This document shows, piece by piece, positions 26,509 through 39,689 of a stretch of 64,000 bases of DNA (position 1 is its first letter; each line of letters begins with the position of its first letter). Source of the DNA: Epiperipatus broadwayi (lineage: Eukaryota; Animalia; Onychophora); NCBI GenBank assembly GCA_028023455.1, contig JAQFVV010000009.1, positions 3,348,001 through 3,412,000 of the forward strand, in the 5' to 3' direction. The position numbers and the translations under genes are program-made. Below the pieces are notes generated by a model. That model was not told where the DNA came from, searched no databases, and saw only the letters and a list, made by a program, of their open reading frames with translations.

Positions 26509-28820
26509 TGTTATTATTATTTCATTATATAAATAATAATAAATCAGATTAATCAATTATTATTACTTTAAAATAAATAAGATGTCAATAAAATATCAAT
26601 TTATAATATGTATTTACTATCATTTATGATAATCAATTTTAGAACAAAAAGAAATGTGAAACTGATACTCATTCTAATGTAGAACAAAATGAAGAAAAAT
26701 TTGAAAAGTCAGCAAAACTTGTTCCTTTAGAAAATGCATTTACATAGTCGAGCAGATGAAATTTTGGTCTTCATTACTTATGATTGCTAAATATTTGATA
26801 GTATGTTTTATTTAATTAAGTAAATTGAACTTTCAAAGATTTAAAGAATCATTTATAACAAAATTGTAAATAATAAGTCTACTTTCTGTATTAATGTCAA
26901 TTTATTTACATGGCAAAATATGGCTATCTTTAAAGCACAAACAGGTCAATAGTATCTAGAAATTAATAAAGAATATATAATAGATATAAAAATACTCTGG
27001 AGATCTTCAACAACTTATCTTTAGAAGTTAGATTTTCTTAATTAATTAAATACTATCAAATATTTAGCAACCATAGATAATCATAACAATTATGAAGACT
27101 AAAATTTCACTGCCAGTCTAATACATAAGTATTTAGAAAATAAAATTTAAACTATCTAAGAAATACAATGACTGACTAAAAACACTAATGTGAAATGGAG
27201 TAGAGGCACTTTTTCTTCATTATCTACATTTCTGACAAACTCTAAAGATAATTAAAGTTTCAAACATATCTACCTCTCACAAAAGATCTACAAACGTCCA
27301 GTGGTCATTGCAAGTAAAAATAATTGGAAATGTGGATTAAGGTAGTGTAGTTCAGCTTATTGACTAGTAATATTGATGTGTCACTTACTGATTATAATGT
27401 GCCCCAAAGAATGAAGAAAATTGTCAGTCAGTAAAAAAAGAAGAGATGCCATATTCAATTACTTTCATTTATTGTAATCAATAAAATATTTTTTGTTAAA
27501 CTTATATTTCAAATACTCTCTTTAATAAAAAGAAATTGAAAAAAGAGAACTAATTCTAAGAATAACATGGTAAATTTAAATTCAAACAAAAAAAATCATG
27601 TACATTTTGTTGGTACATATATGTTCAATTAAATGATTAGCTATACAATATTATTAGATTGCTTTATACTAACAGTATTGTTGACAATAAATAATACAAA
27701 AACAAAGTGCAAATATAAATATTAAGCTTTATCAATGCATATTTAATGTATTTTGAAAAGTGCACATTACTAAAGAATCAATAAGATATTGATGTTGCCT
27801 CCATAATAAAATAAATTTATATTTGTTAAAAGTGAGTAGAAGTACTTTATTATTAAAATCTTTTTTATTTAATTAATGAAAGGTATAGTTCAACATTATA
27901 TTAATGTAATATTAAGATGACAAAAATTAATGTATAAAATAATTCAATTAGCAAACATAGTACATCAAACAATCTCTTACATATATGATGTTTGTAATGT
28001 GCTTTTTAGATTAGTACTCTGAGAGGATATATCTGCATTTATCCTGTGTGAAATAAAGAATAGATATTAGTGAAAATATTTTAGTCCACAATACTATTGT
28101 TTTAAAAAATGGAATATTAGAAATAAATAATTTAAAATGTTTAAGTAATATTTCCATCTAATTTCATAAATGAAAATTCTCATAAATAATATATCACACA
28201 CCAAATATAATTTCAATAAGGAATGATTGCAAAGTATAATTTAGAATATGTATCCTTCTCTTGAAGTAGATTTATATGTGTAAATCTGGGATCATGACAC
28301 ATTTCCAATCTATGCAAAAGTAAAACAACTTTTGAAAATAGTGGAAACATTAAAAAGATCTTAAATTTCTATTGGAGGATATATTAGGTGGAGTATGAAC
28401 TATACACATGCTAGGTATTCAATCATTTATATATTTATTTATTTACTGTTATTATTCAATTATCTTTTATTATATTACTTATATTTTTATAAATAAATTC
28501 AAATTCATTGTTTTATTTATTTGGTGGTGTTAATTTCAATTCATTCATTAATCCATTTATGTATCTTATTTGGGGATTGATAAACCTCATAAATAATAAA
28601 CAGTATGGTTACTTATCCTGAGATTCATCATGAATCTATTAATTTTATTAATATAACAATTAAGATCCAGTCTTATGTTAGTCATCATGGGCTTAAATAT
28701 AATAGGTATAAAGATTTAGTAGGACATATTGAAACAGTATATTCCTACCCTCATATCTGTTTCACCTATTTGTCCCACAGTCACATTTATGCCTGGTTTA
28801 AACACTCTGTAGTGCATGTA

Positions 28821-28925
28821 AATATGTATCCACACAGTTATATATGTATCCACACATTTATATATGTAACCACACAGTTATATATGCATACACACAGTTA
28901 TATATGCATTCACACAGTTATATAG
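28821..28925. repeat. Minisatellite, 20-bp unit x about 5 (tatatgtatccacacagtta)
   Basis: Five tandem units visible; accounts for the end of ORF 28605..28925. Confidence 0.9.
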
Positions 28926-29606
28926 GTATTGTCACACATACATGCATATATAAATGACTGTAATATTAATGTTTGTATATATATATGGCAGCATTTCTAT
29001 TTCTTTTAATAAATAATATTTTGTATAAAATCTATTTTATTTAGAGAATGTACAGTTTAAATATCCCTAAATAAGTTTTATTTAGATGAATTATGAATAC
29101 ATGTGAAATTCATAGAATTGTGTTAAGACAATTTAGAATAATTCTCAAGTTGATCAAATAAAAAATTTAGAAACAAACCTTCAATTGACGGTGCTTTACA
29201 AATGGTTTAGGAGTTATAACCATTTGTTCTCAAAATCATTACAATATTAATGAATCACTTTTCCAGATTGAAACCAGTAAAAAAATCTGGGCAATAAAAA
29301 AAGGATCAGAATCAAAGAAACCGACTATGAACTATAAAATTTAGAGGGGGGTTGAATTCTGAGTTAAAATAGATAGCCAGCTGGTTTTGATCTGAAAAAT
29401 ATAAATAAAGCAGATTTCTTAGATTTTTGAAGTTTTTAGCTTCTCTTTCCTGTCAATTATTGCGAAGTCCAGACTCCAAGATGACCGAGTAGAATCAAAA
29501 TATTTGCTGTCTCTCTGAGTGGAGATGGTGTTCTCCATTCCTTCAGCATATCTATGGGCAAATTTTCCAGCAGCCTGCATGAGAGGGAGATATGAGGAAA
29601 TTGAAG

Positions 29607-29640
29607 ACTTACCTGAAAAGAAATTCCACTGAAATTATGC
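29607..29640 (-). other. Candidate recursive (ratchet) splice site, AG|GTAAGT
   Basis: Minus strand (the CNG strand) reads gcataatttcagtggaatttcttttcag|GTAAGT, with the junction at 29613/29612. A 3' splice site directly abuts a perfect 5' splice site inside a long intron. Confidence 0.4.
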
Positions 29641-31799
29641 TATTTGATGTGCCTTGTTCCAACCACTATCATTGATGTATGCCTCAAGTCCACTGAGAAG
29701 ACAATGGTAATAATTTTAAAGACTGCAGCCTATAGATTTAATCTATAAACTCTAATGTAAGCTAGCTGATACATTATAAAGAATGTTCTATCTAAGTTCT
29801 CAAAACTCTTTAGTTTAACCCAATTGTAAAAGGAACTGTGTAAACTTGTGTAAATTCATATATATTGTGTAAATCATTTCTGGTCAACTACTTTCTTAAA
29901 ATCTATAATTTACTTTAAAGTAACAAAAAAAAAAACAAGTTTTAATTTAATTTTCTAAATTACCTGAAATCTTTTATAAATTAAATGATTCTACTTTTTG
30001 TAATCATTAAATGTCTGAAATCTATTATCTTAAATTCCTACAAATTGCGGTCTTGCCTAACTTTAGTGTTTTTAATATTTTGTTTAAATTCATTTTGTTT
30101 ATGTTTAATATGTGTGATAATATGCTCATCTTTCGAAACAGTAAAACTAATTAATGAATTTATAAAGGGGATAATTGTAATCTCCACTTTAAACATTTTA
30201 AAAGCAATATTTAGTCTATTGAATCACTGTTTTGAAATTATAATATTGATAATAAACGATCGCTATCCGCTCGTTGTTATCATGGTTTTATATATATATT
30301 TTGCAAGGTTTGCTTAGTCAGTTTTATATATTATGGCTTTTAATATCTATTAGTTAGAAGGGGATATACTGGCTAGGGATGATAGGGCATATTTGCTAAT
30401 GTTTATATTAAATCCAATCAAATATACCTTCCCTCCCTAATTATGAATATATATATGCAGATTCAGGATTTTAGCTAGATTATTATATAGCTCAAGTTCC
30501 TTTTATTAGCATAATTATAATGGTAGTTTAAGAACTGGGTTGAGTTAGTTTGACTGATAGAAGATATCTGTTTTAGGTGCACTTAATTAATTATACGCAT
30601 ACTTATTGCTCTATATATTGTGTGCATTGCAGGTGTGTCTTTATATAGTATATTTATATGTGTTTACATTTTGCTGCACCTCTTAAATGGGTACACAGTA
30701 ACAAGCCACCCCATTATTTAGTTCGGGTTAAGGCTATCTTTATTAGAACCGGAGCATGTGGAACCAGAGTTTTTCTACAGCCAAACCAAGTTCCTGAATT
30801 TATATGTTCATATACAAATAGCAGCAAACAGTCAGTCTCAGAGCAAACTGAGCATTTGATGTTGAAGCTCCTGAATAATCACTCACTTGCACTACAATAC
30901 TCTTTAATACTTTATATAGCGCCATAGTATATATATATGTGAATCTAAAGGCAACCAGTTCTTTTCCCTTTATTAATTAATTATTCAGCTTTAGACAGAA
31001 GTTTGAATCTGGGTTATCAGGTTGAATCTGCATGATACTGAGCTTATTTAGTTGCTCATTTTATTAATATATATAGCAGCCACCTTAGATCTGTACTCAT
31101 CATCTCTATTAAGCTAACCAAAATCATAGGATGGGCATGTTAAATGATTAGACATGACTTATGCACTGCATACATATATGTATTTGAATATATTAAAATG
31201 GGACAAATGTACTAATAGCAGTCCCATCCACTATAAAATATCTTCCTGTATTGGATACCCTACTGAATGTTGTACAATCCTTGCCATTATGATAATTTAT
31301 GTTAGATCATTTGTTATTGTTTTAATAAACATTTTAAAACATCAATTGTTCATATCTTTCTTGCTCAGATTCTAGTTCAAACCAATCCACCGTATATTAT
31401 CCCATCCACATTCCATTATCCCAATTTCTTTATGATTTTATATGCTATATGTGTATATCTCTATAGTTAAGATAGAGTGTTAAGTACTGTATATCACCCA
31501 TCTAGTTAAGTCAGTAGTAACCTTAAGTCTCATGTTTCTCCCTGCCCTATGCCAGCCCGCAGTTAAATAAAGACTGAGTGTAGCCTCAGAGATGTCACTC
31601 ATAAGGTGTTAAATTCAGAGCATTGACAGATGAGTTGAAGTTTAGTCAGATTAGAGGTCTCAACCACCTCACTCTGGTCAGCTTTGGTGTATTTTGCTTG
31701 GGATCTGGATTTTGTTCCATGAGTACAAATCTGACCATTACAATATACATTAGATAGCTATTCTGTTGATATCTTGTACACAGAAATGTGCAAGTTATG

Positions 31800-33125
31800 A
31801 GGAAAGATGGGGATTAAATTTAGTAAAGAAAAATCCCAAGGAATAATGATAAATGCTAGTGAAAGAAACAAAAAATATTTTTTTATTGGGGGGATATAAA
31901 ATTAAATGTGATGAATAGGTATAAGTATTTGGAAATCATATTAAATAATCAGAAAAATTACTTAGATGAATAGGAGAAAAAATTGATAAATGAAACTAAA
32001 AAAAGAAAGGAACTGATAAAGAAATTAACAATATTTTCATATAATAAATATAATGTAACACGAATTATTATGGAAGGGAGTGGCAGTAGAAGGACTAACT
32101 TTTGGTAATGATACACTATGTGTTAGTAAAGGGGTGTTAGATTACTTAGAAAAAATACAAAGGGAAGTAGGAAGACATGCATTATATGCAGATGTGTGGA
32201 TGGTGAAGAAGGCAATCCAAGGAAAAACAGGATGGTCAAGTTTTTATATGAGAAATACAAAAAGCAAAATAAAAATGTTTGGTAGATGGCAATTTATGGA
32301 TAGTAAAGAAAATAGTCAATATTGTATTTAATTGGGTTATGAGTAAATGGCAGGCAACAACATGGGTGAGAAAGGTAGTACGGTATACAGAAGATTTGGA
32401 TAAAGACTTTCTGTCAGTATGCTTGTACAAAAGGGTGGGATGATTGGGTTAGAAGAATTGTTGAGTGTTATAGTGGCAAAGAATGAGATAGAAGAACAGA
32501 TGAATTAACAAAAAATAGGGAGTTGGAGAGATGCAGAATTATTATGGAGAATAAAATGAGTCTAACTATATATATAGAAATAAGCAGAATATTGGATTGA
32601 GTTCCTTTACAATAATAACAAGAAAAGTAATTTATTATTTTAGCAGCAAAGGAATATATACACAAATAAAGAAATGTGGGTGATTTAGTCTGCAAGTTAT
32701 GTAAGAAAGGCATGGAAAATTTTCTAATTGAGTGTAAATCTTTATGAGCAGAAAGGTTACAAATAATGAAGTTATGGGAGAATAAATATAAATTAAGTGA
32801 TTGTACAGAATGTCTTGGTCTTTAAATATAAGAGGAATCTAGATATAAAGGCTACAGAGTGACAAAGATAATGTTGTGGAAATGTGATGGAGCAGGATAG
32901 AGAAAAATGTGGGAAAAACTTAGAATGGGGATTGGAAAGTGAAGGTAAAGTGATTAACAGGTTTCTTTGGACATAGTGGCCAAGAGATTCTTGACTTCGA
33001 TAAAGGAGAAGCCATAATGCACCACAGTACTGTTTTAATATATTCAAATCTAGACTTTTCATTACATATGCTTTGGTAAGTAATAGTTTTAACATATGAA
33101 TTTATAAAGTGCTGCAGCAAAATAA
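31800..33125 (+). mobile_element. Non-LTR retrotransposon 3' part (RT C-terminus; clade uncertain)
   Basis: GIKFSKEKSQ..., YKYLEI, TRIIWKGVAVEGLTFGNDTLCV...LEKIQREVGRHAL...IQGKTGWSSF...SKIK, then a C-terminal CKLCKKG..E motif. Stops and frameshifts present. Confidence 0.75.
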
Positions 33126-34489
33126 AAAGATTATATGATTTTTAATTACCTTAAAACCATTTAATAGTTTTCTGATAATTTGCTGCTTGCTACTCCCCTC
33201 CCCCCAAAAAACATACTTGCATTGTCCACCAATCTTTACTATTTTGTAGCCAAGATTGAAAAAATATATAATTCATTTGCATGGACAATTTTCATCATCT
33301 ACAATGAATAGGTCAACTAAATAAACTAATCTTTTTAGGATATGATTCTGTAACTTACAGAAGTGAGCAGTTATTGATTTGTTTAGTAAACAAATAATGA
33401 ATTGTAATAATCAGATTATTAATTTGAATCCCCTCTGCAGTCCATTATTACAATATATAAAACCTAGATTTTCTAAAAGGCATTAATTTTTTACTTCTCA
33501 CAGTGAGTATAAAAAAATCTATTGTCAGTTGTGATAATAGGAAAATTCCTTTAATCAGCTTAGGTTGTTGCATAATAATGACTGCTATACATGATAGTAA
33601 TGAGTTATATTAATGTACATGTAATAAAGGAGAAACTGTAAATAGACCAGGATAGAATATCACATTAGTGATTATTATATATTATCAACAAAGTGGCAAT
33701 GATATCTGCATTTGCATGGTATCTTGCACTTACATGGAATCAATCCACTACTGACCTTTGAAATATGAATAAGCTTGTCTCATCTACTGTATTGTGACTG
33801 CAAAATAATGAGCTCTAAAATGTTATGAGAGATTTACCATCATTGCTTTGATAAAAAATAAAATTCTTAAATATAACAATAATTTTAATTCTATTAATAC
33901 ACAACACCCTTTCATCTTTATTTTATGAAGTTGAAACTTAAAAAAAATTTTTTTTAGTCTGCTATATTCTAATATTCTTTATCTAGAGCTAGTACACTAA
34001 CTGACAGCAAGTATAAATTTATAATATTTTCCTAACCATAACAAAGATTCAGATAACATTTGTAATATAACAATTTATTAATGTAAACACTAACACGCAC
34101 ACACAAGTTATCAGGTACTTACAATATACTTCCAAATTTTATAAATAATAATGAAAAGCTGTACACATTGTATGATTTTTTAGATACTCTTTTGAACATT
34201 TCATTGATGAGGATTTACTGGATCTTAATGTCATCTGTATAATCACACTCTTCTTGGCTGGTTTCAACTGTTTATAGCACTATAAATACATTCTTTCTAT
34301 AATTTACTTTGCAGCTCCCATAAACATTATTTCCATTGTTTATAAATCTTTTCCTGTTTTAAGACCTTCATATGTTTTTTCTAGTTTCAGTTTTTAATTA
34401 ATTTTAACCTTGTTTGATTTCTAACCTGTTTTCAAATTTTTCTTTTATAGATTAACTATATATTTTTTATTTAACAGAAACAACTTAAA

Positions 34490-36415
34490 TACGTATATAT
34501 ATATACAAACCATTATACAATTACAAATATCCAGTAACGCCCTCTGTTTAAAGATCTATATCTCAATAATAGCAAACCTTAAAATGATACCACTTTAAGG
34601 TTGTATGCTAAACGATGTTAAATATTGAAATACAGACCTACTCAAACACAGAGCAATATATTATTTATATTAAAAAAACTGCATATATATATATTCATCA
34701 ACACGCATAGTTAACATGACCAATATACTGTTGTATGCTAAAGTTTTGTCTCTTGTAGAAATTTTTTTATTTTTTTTCTTCTCAAAGATGACAAGGTTTA
34801 TTTTATTTGTTAGATCTACTTATAAATGTCTAACGTCTTCTGTTTGGTGGTATTTTCATATGCTGGTATTCCTCTTCGCAAATTTTTTTTATATGCATTA
34901 TCAGTGCTTTTTTCTATCTTCAATTTTACATTACCTCTTCTGCATAATGACGACCAAGTTTAATTTTGTTTCAGAAATCAAGATTTTCTAATAACAGCAT
35001 TAGTTTTCATAATGTTTCTTATATAGCTTCATTTAAATCAAAATGCTTATTTATATACATTAACCACCTTTAGTTAAAAGTTAATCTAAAATTTAGATTT
35101 TCCTATTAAATAGATAGCAGCTTTTTATAGCTGATTTATCTGACAGTGATAAGATATTAAGAAAATGTCTTAATTGTTGCTAATAAATCTGGTGGAAAAT
35201 TATATATTAAGCACTCGAATTGTATTTTTTATTCAAATTTTTTATATTAAACACTAAAATATCTATAACTTTAAACATAAAATAGCAATAAAATCTATTC
35301 TGTATTGATGCGAGAAAATATTAATAGGAATTCTTTATAAATGGAATTTTTAAAAATTAAAAGCAATTTTCTTTAAAAGTAAGTGAGAACATTTTTTTTT
35401 ACTTATATATTAAAATCTGACTTGGAATTTTAATCTATTTTTAACAGTTTTGGAACAAACAAATCACGTAAAACCGCACTTGGATTTTTCCTTTGAGTGT
35501 GGAATAAAAATTACGTAAAAAATAAAAATTTCACATAAAGAGAGGATCAAGTGTCTATTCTAACAAAAGATTTTTTTTTTTTTGTAAATATAATGCTCAT
35601 ATTAATTACAGTTGAATCAAAATATTTGCCTACGTTGCTTTCAACTATTGATGACAAGTAAGAATATATAAAGATACGACAAAATACATTAGGATGTACA
35701 GTAATTTAATTTATAAATTTGCTTATTGTATAGTAGACAAAAATTTTAAATGTAATGTTGATAAATTTATATTTTGCACAGATTGTAGCATTCTAGATAA
35801 GTGTCATTGGATAGAATCCAGTGAATTATCGATTGATATCAGTTCGATTTAATGAAGTTTTATGATCAAGTTCAAAGAGAAATTGACAAACTTTCAACCT
35901 ATAAATATGTTTAGGGACTGGTAACTACTTGATATTATATAAATTCATGCGATTATGTGAGTTTATATTTTAAAAAGCTACATTGCAATTAATAATTTAT
36001 ATAATTAAAGAAAACTGCACGCAGAAGAAATAATTAAATTATATTGGTTTTTGTATAAACAAACCAGGTTAAATTATTGTTGAATAATAAAATAGATTAA
36101 GTGAATATCTTTAAACTCCTCTTCCTATACAGGTAATTAGAAAATCACTATAGAAAAACAATTTTGAAAAATAATAAATATGAGTAGAAAGAACAAATTA
36201 TTTATTCATGCCCATTGCCTTACCAAGAAATTTCTTACATTGTGAATATTTAGAATATCTTTAATCTCAAATAACTATTGGAAAAAAAGAATAAGATCTG
36301 ACACGATATGTCTTCGAGACAAGAAAATAGATCTAGAAACTTATAAAAATCACCTAAAGTTTAAATTATGTTGGCAATTTTATAGGCAAGATGGACATTT
36401 ATTGTAACACGTATT
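34490..36415. promoter_or_regulatory. CpG-retaining, low-GC island; possible unmethylated promoter or enhancer
   Basis: About 20 CG dinucleotides in 1.9 kb by eye, against about 3 in the next 3.3 kb. A DRE-like TATCGATT (35827-35834) sits next to an Inr-like TCAGTT (35839-35844). Confidence 0.4.
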
Positions 36416-36779
36416 ATTATTTATATTTGTAAATACTTTTTACTCATTTATATCAATTTATATTTCATTTAATTTAAATTTGTGCAATTTCCACCAAAAT
36501 GGATATTATTCTTTGTTCAAAGTGTGGAAATGTATAGAGCATTTGGATACTTGCAGGCTGACCAAACTATTTTCATAGTCATCAGGCAGATGTATACAAA
36601 TAAAAACATGATTGACAGTTGAATCTGCTCTGAACTTAAATCTAGCTAGCGCAATTAAACTTAACAAAAACAGGTATGGATTATTGAAGAAATAGTGCAT
36701 TTTTTCATCCACACTGGCCTCCTTTGAAAATAATCCTTACCATTATACCCAGGATTAATTCCTTCAGGATTTTCTAAGC

Positions 36780-38950
36780 CACCAATAAACCTGATTGTCT
36801 AGCCATTTCCTGATACATGAGAACCTTCATCTAAAATGATGAACTGAAATATATAATTTTCTAGTCCAATAATGTGTAAGCAGTTCACAAATGCTGATGA
36901 TAAAAATGGATATGATTTCAAATTTTCAATTACTAATGTTTTGTTAGCAATATTTTGTGAGGATATTTAAAAAAATAGGTTAAAATTCATATGATATAAA
37001 ATTGTTATTTGAAATCATGTTCAATAGGCTTCAGAAACTCTTCAGACATTTAGAGTCTATGAAATTGCTGATCCAGAATCAAGTTTGCAGTGATAATAAC
37101 TCACATAGGATTGTTTAAGTATAATCATGTTTAATTTTGTATCAAATAGTTTCTACAAAATCAATATCCTGCTTCTTAGGCAGAAAGGGAAATAATTCTT
37201 TATTTCTTTGCTGAGTCAAAGAGTGATAAGAGAAAGTAAAAGATTCAAAGACTGAAACAATACTAAATGCAGATAAGTGTATTTAAAGTGCAAAACAATA
37301 AAATTTCTAGGGCATATATATCTAATAAACAGACAGTTTCTGTCTACTAACAAAGTAAGAGCAGTGAATAATACTCCTAAAATTAAAATGTTAAAAAATT
37401 TCATGCATTGCTGGGGTTAAAGGAAAATCAGAAATATGATTGACATTTTTACAAAATAATGCTTATCAAAAATCAAAATTCGCTTAAGCCCAGAAAAATT
37501 GCTAATGAACTTCAATAGCAGTTTAAATGAAATACTGACAACAATCACATATTTTGATATGGAAGCTGACTTAAGTGATCCTATACACCATGGATAGTAA
37601 TGCACTGAAAAATTATAGTCATTTTAAAAATATATATAGAGTAGCTAGAATTTTGGGGAACAAAGTTTTCACCAAACATCTGCATGATAAATCCTTTTAC
37701 CATCTGAACTGATAATAAATCTTTGATAGATATATTTTCATATTTAAAAACCTACATTTGATCACTTAATTTCATAGATGTTACATTAGCTGAATTTCCT
37801 TTCTGCATATGACTATTAAATAAGTTTTGGAAAGTGGAAATTAATTTAATATGCTGATGTCTTTTTAATTATTTGGGATCAAATGAAACCTCAAATAGTA
37901 GATGTGGAAATAAATTATATTAAAACATTACATGTTTATGGATAATAAGTGACAAAACAATCACAAACTGGACAAATTATTAAAAGTTAATAATACAGAC
38001 TAGTAAAGATTGACCTCTAAAATGTCCTCAGATTTTGTTTTTGTCTTATTTTTGAAATATCTACAAAAAGATTTTAGTATTTTAAGGATTGAATTTTTAA
38101 GCAAAGCTAAAGTCTTACTTCACACAAATTTCATAATGTATGGTAAGTGAAGGATATATTTTATCTGATGACCAAATGTCAGTGATATTAAAAAATCTCA
38201 CCAAAAGTTGTATAACATAACCAATCTATTAAGATTATAAAAAAAAAAAAACTGTGGATGACAAAATCTAAAGTTGTTATGGTATGTTGCTAATATTGAC
38301 TATGCAGAACCTTTTAAAGTCGTATATTTTTATTAATTATTGATATTTATTTTCAATGGATAGAATATCAATCAAAAATGTAACTTCACTAGAAAAATTA
38401 TTGATAAACATAATGTCTCTATATACCCAGACTCTGGAATTACTTCAGCAAAATATGAAGAATAATTAAAGAATGAGAATGGGGATATCACTCTATCATT
38501 CTGAATCTAATGGACTGACAAAAAACTTTTTCAACTTAAGCAGACTTTTGAAAAAAAGGTTAACTCATCAAATATACAAAAAGCAGTATATATTGTTTTA
38601 TTATATTAGCATTGCACATCTATAGCTGCAACTGAAAAATCATTGAACTACTATTAGATAGGAGACAGAGTTAAACAAATTAAATTGATTTCCATCAGAA
38701 AATATATAGGTGATTCATTAAAATTACAAAGTTTATTTAAGAAGGAGAGATAAGAAGAGAAAAATGCATAATTGCTGTCAAGACAAATTGTAGTATTGAA
38801 ACAAAATATTTTATATTTAAATTGGGATTAATATTTTCCAAACTTCTAGAATTATAATAACATAGATGATCAACATGTTTTTTTTATATATTAAAAAGTT
38901 TTATAATCAAATTGGAAGCAGATGAGGATCTGAAAACTAAAAGGAATGAA
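36780..38950 (+). mobile_element. Ty3/Gypsy pol remnant (RT, RNase H, integrase), decayed
   Basis: THIGLFKYNH (RT), NADKC..KTIKFLGHI (RT C-terminus), LSAYDY..ADV (RNase H end), IDYAEPFK...LIID (integrase) and HSESNGL (PYHP.SNG). The order matches Gypsy pol. Confidence 0.75.
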
Positions 38951-39689
38951 CTACTGGAAATGTAGATAAAATCAAAAAATGGGAATATTGAAGAAATAAA
39001 TGTGACCAATAAAGCATCAGATGTGGATGACAAAGTCAAAACTTTGACAAACTACAAAAAAAAAAAAAAAAAATGAATAATCAATTACTAACAATTGAAA
39101 GGGGAAAAAATGTCCATTTTATTTTAATGACTATTTGATAAAGGTAGATTAAAAGTTTCAGTTTTCCATAATGAAAAGAGAAACATTATATTATCATATG
39201 ATATCACAAATTCAAATGTTAAGAAATTAATTAGTTAAAACTACAATCTAAAAAATGATGACTAGATTAAGTGGTTTCAAATAACCAATTAGAATAAGTT
39301 GTTGTAGGATTAGTGAACATATAACCCACCTCCCATTTTCACAGTTAATAAAATTACTACAGGGAACAATAATTTTGCAAAATAATAAATAGGAATACAC
39401 AAATCAAACTATTACTCTTGCCTCCTAATTTGCAAAGAACTTTTTTTCATCATGAGTAGACACAATGTCTTCAACTTCCAAGTTTATCATTAAACTTACA
39501 GCTAGGGAAAAACAAGAGTTAGAGATACTGGCTTTTAATAAATGAAAAACATATCTTGAAATTTGTGAAGATCATCCTAATCTAAATTATTATTTTTATA
39601 GGCTTATAAACATTTATATTTGTAACAGTTGTTTAATCATTTCTAATAGACTATAAAAACTCAGTTACTGTAAGAAACATTGTTATAAT

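Noticed and set aside
36741-36830. 90-nt minus-strand segment with good splice sites (ttttag|...|gtaagg), phase 1-1 with an in-frame TAG; looked like a poison exon
   Set aside because: It lies antisense within the start of the Gypsy pol remnant, and splice-like motifs are common in such AT-rich DNA. No independent support.
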